A stretch of DNA of 62,147 nucleotides, counting the filler. It is 4 parts of 4 records of this genome, joined end to end, with 100 filler letters (N's around TTAATTAATTAA, not from the genome) between each part and the next. Parts side by side here need not be neighbours in the genome. Positions count along the whole stretch, not along the records: positions 1 to 24,407 come from SRR31156797_5540; 3 more parts are not named here. One strand, 5' to 3'. Both the position numbers and the translations under genes were made by a program. Shown here piece by piece: positions 10,501-20,381 of this stretch (the first letter of the stretch is position 1; each line of letters starts with the position of its first letter). Below the pieces are notes generated by a model, which worked only from the letters and a program-made list of their open reading frames with translations, made no database searches and was not told where the DNA came from.

Positions 10501-11643
10501 ATGATAAAAAAGATATTACTGTTTTCATGTTTCTATCCTCCGCATTTAGGCGGTGTTGAGCGATATTCCTACAATTTAGCACAACGCTTAAGCGAAATGA
10601 ATATAGAAGTGATGGTTATTACCAGTCACAATGAAATTTCAGCAAAACATGAAAAGCAGGGCAAAGTTGATGTTTTATATCTGCCTGCGTATTTTATAGT
10701 AGGAGAGAGATTGGCTATCCCGAGGCTTGGTGCAAAACGCTTAATGAAAAAAGCTATCGCCGAATTTAATGCCGATACAGCATTCATCAATACAAATCTT
10801 TATTTTCACTCAATGATGGCAGCAAAGCTGACTAAGAAAGCTGGGCTAAAGAGCCTCTGTATCACTCACGGCACAGGGCATATCACTGCCAACAGTAGGT
10901 TAATTACAGCTATCCTGCATAGATATGAGCACTTTATCACCAATTCAATGAAGAAAAATATCACCGCATTTGGCGGTGTCAGCAAGGCATGCTGCAGATA
11001 TTTGAAGCATTTTAATATTGATGCCAAGTATGTGGTCTATAACGCATTTGAACATGTTGAGAAAGAACCTACCAATATTATTTCAAAGCTAGATATTGGC
11101 AATGATACAGTAGTACTATCATTTGCAGCACGAATGATAGAGGAAAAGGGCATAGTAGATTTGCTCAAAGCGTATAAAAAGACATTATTAAATTACAGTA
11201 AAAAATCTCTGCTAATAGTAGCAGGAGACGGACCATTGCTGGAAGACTTGCAAAACGAATACCAAAATGAACAAATAATATTTACTGGCAGACTAAATCA
11301 TTCTGAGATGATAGATGTATTTAAAAGATGCAATATCTACATATCACCTACCAAATATCCTGAGGGTCTGCCTACATCAATACTGGAGGCAGGGCTCATG
11401 AAATGTGCAGTAATTGCAACTCCAATGGGTGGAACCCCAGAAGTAATAAACGAAAATACTGGCATACTAATTGAGTGCGGAGATATTGATGGCTTAGATA
11501 GTGCTATGTGCAAAATGATTGAGGATAAAGACTATAACAAGCAGTGTGCAGAAAATCTCTATACCCTGATAAATGATGTTTTCAACTGGACAAATTCAGT
11601 CAATACTGCACTTGATGTGCTTAATAAAATTACAAAGGACTAA
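10501..11643 (+). CDS. GT4 glycosyltransferase
   Basis: FYPPHLGGVERY, RMIEEKG, AGDGP and EGLPTSILEA motifs. Confidence 0.9.
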   Translation: MIKKILLFSCFYPPHLGGVERYSYNLAQRLSEMNIEVMVITSHNEISAKHEKQGKVDVLYLPAYFIVGERLAIPRLGAKRLMKKAIAEFNADTAFINTNLYFHSMMAAKLTKKAGLKSLCITHGTGHITANSRLITAILHRYEHFITNSMKKNITAFGGVSKACCRYLKHFNIDAKYVVYNAFEHVEKEPTNIISKLDIGNDTVVLSFAARMIEEKGIVDLLKAYKKTLLNYSKKSLLIVAGDGPLLEDLQNEYQNEQIIFTGRLNHSEMIDVFKRCNIYISPTKYPEGLPTSILEAGLMKCAVIATPMGGTPEVINENTGILIECGDIDGLDSAMCKMIEDKDYNKQCAENLYTLINDVFNWTNSVNTALDVLNKITKD

Positions 11644-11646
11644 TAT

Positions 11647-12015
11647 ATGAAGAAAGGCTTGAACATTATGATAATATTGCTGATTATACATTTAACATGT
11701 GCTGTAGGCGGACTGACCCTTGTTAAGCTGGGTTCAAAAGCTCTAGACTACTCTGCCAGCAACGGAATAATGAATATCAAAATGCATTGGATGTCTTTAG
11801 CTGGGCTTTGCCTGTACGTAATATCATTCATTATGTGGATGCTTTTGCTCAATTACTATGACCTAAGCTATATTTCACCAATCATTATGGGTCTTACTCA
11901 AATTCTGATAGTTCTGAGTGCATATTTTATCCTTGGTGAAAATATAAGCATAACCAAAATAATCGGTATTGCAACTATTCTGGCTGGTGTAGTGCTGCTG
12001 AATATTAAGAAGTAG
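11647..12015 (+). CDS. Small DMT/EamA-like 4-TM protein (possible lipid-sugar flippase subunit)
   Basis: Four hydrophobic helices with LSYISP and ILGENIS..KIIG patterns; directly downstream of the GT4. Confidence 0.7.
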   Translation: MKKGLNIMIILLIIHLTCAVGGLTLVKLGSKALDYSASNGIMNIKMHWMSLAGLCLYVISFIMWMLLLNYYDLSYISPIIMGLTQILIVLSAYFILGENISITKIIGIATILAGVVLLNIKK

Positions 12016-12862
12016 ATTCGCCTATTATTTGAATAAATACTATTTCAGGAGGATTAAAAATCCTTGGGAGCATTGGGTTTTTACTTAATCCTCGGTTTAC
12101 TATTTGTATTGTATCATTGTACTGATATTTCCCTCCAGCGTATTTAGGAAACCAGCCCTGATTAGGAGCATATAATCCATTTATTATAAAAGGAATTCGC
12201 ACCTGACCACCATGTGAATGACCCGATAATATCAAATCATAATCATATTTTTTATAATCTTCTACCTTTTCTGGTCTATGGCTTAGCAATATGCTAAAGC
12301 TATCCGTCTTTTTATCACTATAGGTAGCTTCCAGCATTTCTTCCCATGTATTGTACTCATAATCTGTAACATAGTCTATAGCATCAGGATCATCCACTCC
12401 AAACAATTCAATCTCAATACCATCAATATCTACTACAATGCTTTCATTATCAATAATATTTACACCAGTATCTGCCATTATACTCTCAATATTTTCAATA
12501 TCATATGTCCAGTACTCGTGATTGCCCGTAACATAATAACAGGGTGCAATGTCTACAGCCTGCTCCATAAATACTTGACTAGGTGTATAATAATTAGGCG
12601 TATCAAAGAAGTCCCCTGTCATCAATATAACATCAGGATTTAGCTTCTCTATTTTCTTTAATAAATTAACTTGATTATCGCCATAAATGGCAGTGTGCAA
12701 ATCTGCAACATGGACTATATTGATTGATGCGTCACTTGTAATTTTATCAGTAGACACATCATACTTTCGTATAACAATTCCATGATATAAAGATACAGCT
12801 ATTAAAATCAACAGACTAACAGCGATATTATAAAGAAGTAGTTTCTTTCTTTTAATTATCAA
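12005..12862 (-). CDS. Calcineurin-like metallophosphoesterase (YkuE-like) with N-terminal anchor
   Basis: ADLH, TGDFFD, GNHE, LLSHRP and SGHSHGGQ motifs. Confidence 0.92.
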   Translation of the reverse strand: MIIKRKKLLLYNIAVSLLILIAVSLYHGIVIRKYDVSTDKITSDASINIVHVADLHTAIYGDNQVNLLKKIEKLNPDVILMTGDFFDTPNYYTPSQVFMEQAVDIAPCYYVTGNHEYWTYDIENIESIMADTGVNIIDNESIVVDIDGIEIELFGVDDPDAIDYVTDYEYNTWEEMLEATYSDKKTDSFSILLSHRPEKVEDYKKYDYDLILSGHSHGGQVRIPFIINGLYAPNQGWFPKYAGGKYQYNDTIQIVNRGLSKNPMLPRIFNPPEIVFIQIIGESTS

Positions 12863-13974
12863 TTACTCCTTACAGCTATCTTAAACAGATTGAAATAGCT
12901 CTCTACCATATTTTCTATAGTATATTCTCTCATCTTATCTTTAGCTCGTTCGCTCATCAGTTTTTGTATCTTAGGATTTGTCAGAAGCAGTTCCATCCTG
13001 TTGCCCCATACTACCTGCTCCTTCAGACTTTCCACAAATCCATTGTACTCATGATCAACTAAATCATGTATGCTTGCAACATTCAGACTGGATATAACGG
13101 GCAGTCCGCAACACATTGCTTCACCCGGAGTTAATCCCCATATATCATACCTTGCTGGAAAAACAAACCCTTTGCACAGTCTGTAAATATCCATCAAGTG
13201 CTCTTTTGGCACAAAGTCCAGCAATACAACATTTTTCAGATTTTCTTCTTTTATAGTCTTTTCGTATTTCTTTCTTTCTGAACCGCCTCCGATAATTAAT
13301 AGAGATGAATCCTGTGCTTTCACATAGTGCCACATACTTAGCAGTAAATCAAAACCTTTTCGGGGAATAAACTGCCCCGCAGATACAATTATATTGCTAT
13401 TAAGTCCGTATCTTTTCTGTATTCCCTGTTTTCTAGCCTCTGTCATTCTTGTGTTCGGCTCAAAGTCATCCTCTGTAACTGAGGAGAAATTATACCTAAA
13501 AATCTGCTCATCTCTGACACCATAACATTTTAAGTATTCATCACAAACAGAACCACTGGAAAGATACCATTTTGCACTAGCTAGATAATTTAGTTTCAGC
13601 CGCCTTTTCAAAGAGCTCTCATGAGTAACGGGGAAGCCTCCGTCAGCACTAAATATGAAGTCTCTTCCCTGACGCTTTAATTCATTTATAGCCATCATAT
13701 CAGTTGGTGAGTTATAACCGCCTATAACGTATACATCATATTTATTTTTCCTTAAGTGACGGATAATCCCTGGGTTATAGTGAAACTGTGTGGCAAAGGT
13801 AAGTCCCATCAAATACAGCGAGCGAAAGCTGCTGTTTGAAGTATTCACTTCCCACTCTCTGTTGCCTTCTCTAAATGTTTCAAACACAACAGTAAGGTCA
13901 CATTTTCTACCCAGCATGTCCCAGAATTTTACCCTGTAGGGAGATGGCTGGTTGGTTAAATAAAAAACTTTCAT
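12859..13974 (-). CDS. GT4 glycosyltransferase
   Basis: TNQPSPYR, GQFIPRKG and DIWGLTPGEAMCCGLPVI motifs. Confidence 0.9.
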   Translation of the reverse strand: MKVFYLTNQPSPYRVKFWDMLGRKCDLTVVFETFREGNREWEVNTSNSSFRSLYLMGLTFATQFHYNPGIIRHLRKNKYDVYVIGGYNSPTDMMAINELKRQGRDFIFSADGGFPVTHESSLKRRLKLNYLASAKWYLSSGSVCDEYLKCYGVRDEQIFRYNFSSVTEDDFEPNTRMTEARKQGIQKRYGLNSNIIVSAGQFIPRKGFDLLLSMWHYVKAQDSSLLIIGGGSERKKYEKTIKEENLKNVVLLDFVPKEHLMDIYRLCKGFVFPARYDIWGLTPGEAMCCGLPVISSLNVASIHDLVDHEYNGFVESLKEQVVWGNRMELLLTNPKIQKLMSERAKDKMREYTIENMVESYFNLFKIAVRSN

Positions 13975-13989
13975 TCATTATTCCTTTGT

Positions 13990-14505
13990 TTAATAGAGTG
14001 CTTTTTCCATAGTAACGAATTTAATATGCGGCTTTCTTGGGAAAATAACATGCCCACGCTTGGTATAGCCTAGTTTTTTGTACAGACTTAATGCTGCATT
14101 ATTTTCATAATGAGTATCAAGTACAATGGATTTATATCCCATTTGCCTAATCTCTTCCTGAATATAATGCATCAGCTCTGAGGCTATTCCCATTCTTAAA
14201 TAATCAGGATTTACACTTAGTCTGTGTATACAGACTTTAGGAGATTCAAATTGGAACCTAATACTCTCATATTCCTCTGGAATATACTCGTCAACTATAA
14301 CATATGCAGCAATAGCGCCATCTATTATAGCTAGATACATATTACCATTGTCTATATCTTCGAAAAGTATGCTATCACTAGGGTACTCTTCATTCCACTG
14401 ATTAAGCCCTGAAGCAATCATACTCTTATATACTCTCTGCCTTAATACACTGATTTCCAGTTTGTTCTTGACAGTAGCTTTTTGAAACATTAATTTAGTT
14501 CCCAT
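13990..14505 (-). CDS. GNAT N-acetyltransferase (paralog A)
   Basis: QWNEEYP, IHRLSVNPDYLRMGIA and LDT..N.AA..LY.KLGY motifs. Confidence 0.9.
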   Translation of the reverse strand: MGTKLMFQKATVKNKLEISVLRQRVYKSMIASGLNQWNEEYPSDSILFEDIDNGNMYLAIIDGAIAAYVIVDEYIPEEYESIRFQFESPKVCIHRLSVNPDYLRMGIASELMHYIQEEIRQMGYKSIVLDTHYENNAALSLYKKLGYTKRGHVIFPRKPHIKFVTMEKALY

Positions 14506-14536
14506 AGCATTTCCTCATAAATTATTTATATATCTA

Positions 14537-15049
14537 TCAATCTTTAAGTGATTTTTCCATGGTAGGGAAGTATAAACTGCTTCGCTTTTCATACTTAATA
14601 TTTCCACGTAAAGTATATCCTAGTTTCTCAAATAACTTAATAGCACTGTTATTATCTTCACAGGTGTCCAGCACAATTGAACTGTATCCTATTTTTTTGC
14701 ACTCGCCATGAACGTATTTCATCAGCTCCGTAGCAATACCCAGACGCAGATACTCTGGATCAATACTTAATCTGTGCACACATGCTCTTGGTTCATTGTA
14801 TATAAACGGAATATTCTCATAATCCTTTGGCGTCTGTTTATCAACAGTGACATATGCTGCAATCAAACCATCAACAAGAGCAATATACATATGTCCCTTG
14901 TCAATATCATCAAAGAGAATCCCTTCACTTGGGTATTCATTGTTCCACTGTGACAAACCAACACTTTGCATATATTTATATACATTAGGTCTAATATCAC
15001 TTATTCTGTGCTTGTCAGTTGACTTAGCTTTTCTAAATATCATTATCAT
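14537..15049 (-). CDS. GNAT N-acetyltransferase (paralog B)
   Basis: QWNNEYP, VHRLSIDPEYLRLGIA and LDTCEDNNSAIKLFEKLGY motifs. Confidence 0.9.
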   Translation of the reverse strand: MIMIFRKAKSTDKHRISDIRPNVYKYMQSVGLSQWNNEYPSEGILFDDIDKGHMYIALVDGLIAAYVTVDKQTPKDYENIPFIYNEPRACVHRLSIDPEYLRLGIATELMKYVHGECKKIGYSSIVLDTCEDNNSAIKLFEKLGYTLRGNIKYEKRSSLYFPTMEKSLKD

Positions 15050-17229
15050 TCTACTAAAAATCCTATGTGCAGAGCATCCCTTCTGTATAGTTTCTCGGTT
15101 ACAATATCCGGTTGTCCTCCTCCTACATATAATGAAAATCTACCTGGTTCAATCACGCTTTCGCCTTCATCATTAACCAATGCCATTTCTTCTGCCTTTA
15201 TTGTCAGAGTTACGCATTTTTCCTCCCCTGATTTTAGCTTCACTTTTTTAAAAGCTACCAGCTTTCTGAGAGGAGTTTTTACAGTAGATTGTTCATCAAT
15301 CAGATATGCCTGCACAGTTTCCTTTACTTCATATTTTCCTTTATTATTAAGCATCACTGATACTTTAATGTCTTCACCTGCTTTTACTTTAGGTTTAGAC
15401 AAGTATATTCTATAATATTCAATTTGGCTATAACTAAGACCATATCCGAATGGAAAAAGTACATCGCCTTCATAATACCTATATGTTCTATTATCCATAG
15501 AATAGTCACAAAAATCAGGCAAATCCTTAACATTTTTATAAAATGTAATTGGCAGTTTTCCATTTGGAGAATACTCTCCGAATATCATCTTTGCAATTAC
15601 TTCACCGCCGAATTGCCCAGGATACCAGCACTGAAGAATTGCAGTACAGGAATCCGCAAACTCACTCATATCAACACATGAGCCAGTCAAATTAAGAAGT
15701 ACCGTAGGTTTACCTACCTTAGTAACTCTCTTTATCAATTCAATCTGTGCTTGCGGCAGACCTAAGTCTTCTCTGTCACCTCTAGTCTTAGGCAGGCTAA
15801 TAGGTATGTCGTTCTCATCTATCAGCTCTTGCAGCGCTGCGAGAGGGGATTCCTCTCCCTCAAGCTCCGCATTTAATCCTACAGCTAATATTACCAAATC
15901 GGCTCTTTCAGCAGCTGATACAGCTTCCCAAATCTGTGTATCATTTTTCCCATGCCAGAAATTATTATCTGCTATACCGTTTACATTGCAGCCTTTTGCA
16001 TAAATAATATTCGCATTTGGATGTACTTTTTTTATTCCATTCAATATTGTAGAATATTCTGACGGTTCACCATTATAATTTCCAAGCAAAGCTTTAACGC
16101 TATTGGCATTTGGACCCACCACCGCAATATTTTTTGCCTTCTTGCGCTTAACAGGCAGAAGTTTATCATTCTTTAGCAGTACAATACTCTCTGCTGTAAT
16201 CTCTTTGCATATTTCATGATGCTCATCGCAGTCGTTTACTTCATAAGGTATCTTGGCATACTCAATATCCTCATCATCATCAAACATTCCCAGCTTCATT
16301 CGCAGCAGGATATTACGATAGACTGATTTGTCCAGCGTTGTTTCAGTAATCAATCCTTCATCCAAAGCCTGCTTTATATGCTTATACATACATCCGCAGT
16401 TTAGGTCGCAACCATTGTTCATAGCAAGAGCAGCTGACTCAGCAGGTGTATTAGTTACTTTATGCCCTTTGTGAATATCCTCAACAGCCCCACAGTCAGA
16501 TATTACAACTCCATCAAATCCCCATTCATCGCGAAGCAATTCGTTTAACAGATACTTACTTGACGAACAAGGTTCGCCATTTACTCTGTTATATGCACTC
16601 ATAACGCATTGAGCGTCAGCTTCTAGTACACACGCTCGAAATGCAGGTAGATAAGTTTCAAACAAATCTTTCTTGCTTACCTTTGCATCAAAGCTATGAC
16701 GTACATTTTCCGGTCCTGAATGTACAGCAAAATGCTTAGGGGTTGCCGATGTTTTAAGATGCTTTTTATCATTCCCCTGCAAAGCCTTGCAGAACTCAAC
16801 ACCAAGTTTTTTGGTCAGATACGGACATTCACCATATGTTTCCTGACCTCGTCCCCACCTGGGGTCACGAAAAATATTAATATTTGGCGAAAACATTGTA
16901 AGACCTTTATATATTCCGTATTCTTCTTTACGCTTTGCCTCATGATGCTTAGCTCTGACTTCAGTTGAAATAACTTCTGCTACTTTGCCTACAAGCTCTG
17001 GGTTAAATGCTGCCGCCATTCCTATTGCCTGAGGGAAAACCGTAGCTATTCCTGCTCCAGCAACACCATGAAGCGCTTCATTCCACCAATTATATTCCTC
17101 GATTCCCAGCCTCTTAACAGCCTTGGAAATATAAAGCGTCTGACCAATCTTTTCTTCAATCGTTAATCTAGATACCAAGTCCATAGCTCTGGCTTCAGGG
17201 CTTAACAGAGTATCTCTGAATTTATCCAT
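15046..17229 (-). CDS. GH3 beta-xylosidase/beta-glucosidase with C-terminal FnIII domain
   Basis: WWNEALHGV, NIFRDPRWGRGQETYGE, KHFAVHSGPE, nucleophile VISDCGA and FPFGYGLSY motifs; no signal peptide. Confidence 0.93.
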   Translation of the reverse strand: MDKFRDTLLSPEARAMDLVSRLTIEEKIGQTLYISKAVKRLGIEEYNWWNEALHGVAGAGIATVFPQAIGMAAAFNPELVGKVAEVISTEVRAKHHEAKRKEEYGIYKGLTMFSPNINIFRDPRWGRGQETYGECPYLTKKLGVEFCKALQGNDKKHLKTSATPKHFAVHSGPENVRHSFDAKVSKKDLFETYLPAFRACVLEADAQCVMSAYNRVNGEPCSSSKYLLNELLRDEWGFDGVVISDCGAVEDIHKGHKVTNTPAESAALAMNNGCDLNCGCMYKHIKQALDEGLITETTLDKSVYRNILLRMKLGMFDDDEDIEYAKIPYEVNDCDEHHEICKEITAESIVLLKNDKLLPVKRKKAKNIAVVGPNANSVKALLGNYNGEPSEYSTILNGIKKVHPNANIIYAKGCNVNGIADNNFWHGKNDTQIWEAVSAAERADLVILAVGLNAELEGEESPLAALQELIDENDIPISLPKTRGDREDLGLPQAQIELIKRVTKVGKPTVLLNLTGSCVDMSEFADSCTAILQCWYPGQFGGEVIAKMIFGEYSPNGKLPITFYKNVKDLPDFCDYSMDNRTYRYYEGDVLFPFGYGLSYSQIEYYRIYLSKPKVKAGEDIKVSVMLNNKGKYEVKETVQAYLIDEQSTVKTPLRKLVAFKKVKLKSGEEKCVTLTIKAEEMALVNDEGESVIEPGRFSLYVGGGQPDIVTEKLYRRDALHIGFLVE

Positions 17230-17343
17230 AGTATCCCTTTCTATTAGCAACTCGCATTATGTCCCCAAATATTAAACAACCAACCTCGACTAAGCATATA
17301 GCTGCTATAGAGGTTGGTACAAAAACTCTATATAACAACTATA

Positions 17344-18420
17344 TTACACTATTAATTTGTTCAGATAATCAATGTCCTGACAGTATTTAACTGCATTTTC
17401 TCTTGATATCTTTCCCTGACTAAACAATGTAGCTATGGAAAAGTCCATCAGCCTCATTCCTCTCTGCCCAGAAGTCATAATCAGATTGTTAATATGCGAT
17501 ATTTTCCCCTCTCGTATCATATTGCTTATAGCAGATGACTTTTTCATAATCTCAAATGCACATACTCTGCCCTCCACATCAATACGTGGAATAAGCTGTT
17601 GGGAAATTACTCCCTGTAGAACAGTTGACAGCTGCATTCTCATCTGGTCCTGCTGATAAGGAGGATATGCATCTATTATACGGTCAATAGTCTTTGCGGA
17701 GCCTGTCGTATGCAGTGTAGACAGAACCAAGTGACCAGTTTCTGCTGCACGAACTGCAGTTGATATAGTTTCCAGGTCACGCATTTCACCTATTAATATA
17801 ATATCCGGATCCTCACGCAGTGCTCCACGAAGAGCATTGCCATATGATTTTGTATCCTTTCCTACTTCTCTTTGATTTATGATACTCTTTTTATGTTCAT
17901 GAATATACTCGATAGGGTCTTCAATAGTTATAATATGCTCCCCTCGAGTCTCATTTATCTCATTAATCATTGCTGCCAAAGTAGTAGACTTACCAGAGCC
18001 TGTCGGTCCGGTTATCAGTATAAGTCCTCTTGTGTTGTTGCCCAAATCCATTACTTCTTTTGGAATGCCCATCTTTGCAGCCGTTGGTATGCTTGAATTA
18101 ACCAGCCTCAATGCTGTAGCATAGTAACCTTTTTGCTTATATACGTTAACACGATATCGGATATTGTTTGGCAGTGCTATAGACAAGTCAATCTCTCCAA
18201 CAGAATTCAAATAATCCCACTGTTTTTTATCCAGTATATCAGTTGCAAATCGTCTGGTATCAATTGGTGTCATCACATGTTCTATCATCGGATAAAGTTC
18301 ACCATTTAGTCTGCAAATAGGTGGCGAAGCTACTGTTATATGCAGGTCAGATGCTCTCATTTTTGCACACTTCAAGAGCAAGCTCTGTGTGTTCACACCA
18401 TATTGATCAATTTGACTCAT
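17344..18420 (-). CDS. pilT: Type IV pilus retraction ATPase
   Basis: ASDLHI, GPTGSGKST, TIEDPIE, ALREDPD, AETGHLVLSTLHT and AISNMIRE motifs. Confidence 0.93.
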   Translation of the reverse strand: MSQIDQYGVNTQSLLLKCAKMRASDLHITVASPPICRLNGELYPMIEHVMTPIDTRRFATDILDKKQWDYLNSVGEIDLSIALPNNIRYRVNVYKQKGYYATALRLVNSSIPTAAKMGIPKEVMDLGNNTRGLILITGPTGSGKSTTLAAMINEINETRGEHIITIEDPIEYIHEHKKSIINQREVGKDTKSYGNALRGALREDPDIILIGEMRDLETISTAVRAAETGHLVLSTLHTTGSAKTIDRIIDAYPPYQQDQMRMQLSTVLQGVISQQLIPRIDVEGRVCAFEIMKKSSAISNMIREGKISHINNLIMTSGQRGMRLMDFSIATLFSQGKISRENAVKYCQDIDYLNKLIV

Positions 18421-18451
18421 TTATAACCTTCCTTACCGTTTTCTATATATT

Positions 18452-20158
18452 TTAGTCAGAGTTATATGCAACCTTGTACACTTCTTCTATAGTAATTCTG
18501 CCTTCTTTGAGAAGCCTGATAGCTTCACCCTGCAAAGTACTCAATCCATTTGATATAGCATAATCACGCATTTCATCCACAGTACACTTATTAGTAATCA
18601 TTTCACGCAGTTTTCTGTCAATAACTAGAATTTCATGAACTGCACACCGTCCTCTGATACCTGTACCGCTGCAGTTAGGACAGCCTGTACCCTTCATAAA
18701 TGTATAGTTTTCCGGATCATCAATCTTTGCATAGTCCAGTTCCTTTGGTGAGAGCTTTATTGGCTTTGAACAGAAACTACAGTTAAGTTTAACCAATCTC
18801 TGAGCAACAATTCCTACTAACGCAGCTCCAAGCATATATTCCTCAATCCCCATGTCTACAAGACGGGAAATAGTTGAAACTGAGTCATTGGTATGAATAG
18901 TTGATAATACCAAGTGACCAGTAATAGCTGCACGAGTAGCAATCTCAACAGTCTCCGAGTCACGTATTTCACCAATCATTATGATGTCTGGATCCTGACG
19001 AAGAATCGCCTTTAGTGCAGTGGGAAAATCCATCCCAGCCTTCATATTAACATGAACCTGATTAAGTCCCTTGATTTGATATTCAACAGGGTCTTCAACA
19101 GTAATAACATTTTCACCCTCTTTATTTAGCTCACTGAGCATTGTATACAGAGTTGTTGATTTACCAGAACCTGTTGGACCAGTAACCAGAATAATACCAT
19201 GAGGATTATTAAGCAAATCCTCCAGCAGTCTGTCGTTTCTTTCAGTAAAGCCAAGCACTTTCCTTGGTTTTAGGAATGAAGACCTGTCCAGCAAACGCAT
19301 AACAGCCTTCTCTCCGTGAATCGTAGGCATGGTTGATATACGAATGTCTATTTCCTTGCCAAGGAGTTCAACCTTTGAACGTCCATCCTGAGGAACTCTC
19401 TTTTCGGCAATATTCATAGAACCCATGATTTTAATTCTTGCAATAATTGAAGGTAATAAATATTTGGGTGTGTCCAGAACTTTTCGAAGGATACCGTCTG
19501 TTCTGTTACGAACCCGGACCATATCTTCCAATGGTTCAATATGGATATCAGATGTACCTGATGAGACAGCTTCCTCAATAATTGAATTAACCAATCGAAC
19601 AACTGGTGCATTATCTATAACATCATCTTCAACGACGTTGACTTCTTCTTCTTCGTTTTCCTCAGCAGATGCATCCACATATAAATCTTTCAGGGCTTTT
19701 TGAGTGTTTTCCTTACTGTAGAGTTTCTCAATAGCCTCCATTATCTGATCGCCTTTTGCCAGATATGGCATGACCTCGCTACGGCTGACTCTTCTAACAT
19801 CCTCTATTGCGAGAAATGAGAAGGGATCCTCCATAGCAACATGAAGCCTGTCATTTTCAATTTTTAAAGGAATCAGTTTATGCCTTTTCGCCATAGACAC
19901 AGGAACCTGCTTTATCATATCTGTACTAATCGTGACACCTGACAAATCTACAAATTCCACTCCAAGCTGAGCCTCTAGGACGCTCATAATTATCTTATCA
20001 TCAGCATATCCTAGATCTCTTAAAATTCCGCCTATCCGCCTGCCTTTATTATATTTTTGTATGTTTAGGGCTTCTTCTAGCTGAGCATTGGTTATTATAC
20101 CAGCTTCAACCAACATTTCTCCTAAATACTTCTTATGCCTTGCCATATGTGCATTCAT
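18452..20158 (-). CDS. pilB: Type IV pilus assembly ATPase (GspE/PilB) with N-terminal MshEN-like domain
   Basis: SDIHIEP, EKRVPQDGR, GPTGSGKST, LRQDPD, tetracysteine CSFC...CPNC; N-terminal LGEML...IGGIL repeats. Confidence 0.92.
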   Translation of the reverse strand: MNAHMARHKKYLGEMLVEAGIITNAQLEEALNIQKYNKGRRIGGILRDLGYADDKIIMSVLEAQLGVEFVDLSGVTISTDMIKQVPVSMAKRHKLIPLKIENDRLHVAMEDPFSFLAIEDVRRVSRSEVMPYLAKGDQIMEAIEKLYSKENTQKALKDLYVDASAEENEEEEVNVVEDDVIDNAPVVRLVNSIIEEAVSSGTSDIHIEPLEDMVRVRNRTDGILRKVLDTPKYLLPSIIARIKIMGSMNIAEKRVPQDGRSKVELLGKEIDIRISTMPTIHGEKAVMRLLDRSSFLKPRKVLGFTERNDRLLEDLLNNPHGIILVTGPTGSGKSTTLYTMLSELNKEGENVITVEDPVEYQIKGLNQVHVNMKAGMDFPTALKAILRQDPDIIMIGEIRDSETVEIATRAAITGHLVLSTIHTNDSVSTISRLVDMGIEEYMLGAALVGIVAQRLVKLNCSFCSKPIKLSPKELDYAKIDDPENYTFMKGTGCPNCSGTGIRGRCAVHEILVIDRKLREMITNKCTVDEMRDYAISNGLSTLQGEAIRLLKEGRITIEEVYKVAYNSD

Positions 20159-20381
20159 GCCTTTCCAGTTGATTACATGCTTATATCCATTCTTATGTTT
20201 CCAAGCAGCCTGCTTAAGTACAAAATAAATATATTTTTCTTAGCACTATTTGAGTCCGCCAAGAAAATACTATCACATTATTTTACAACATAACCATATA
20301 ATATTCAAGATATCTAATATGATAATATTAATATTAATTGGATAATATTGTTATTTCGGGCATATTCTCATAACTGTCATT

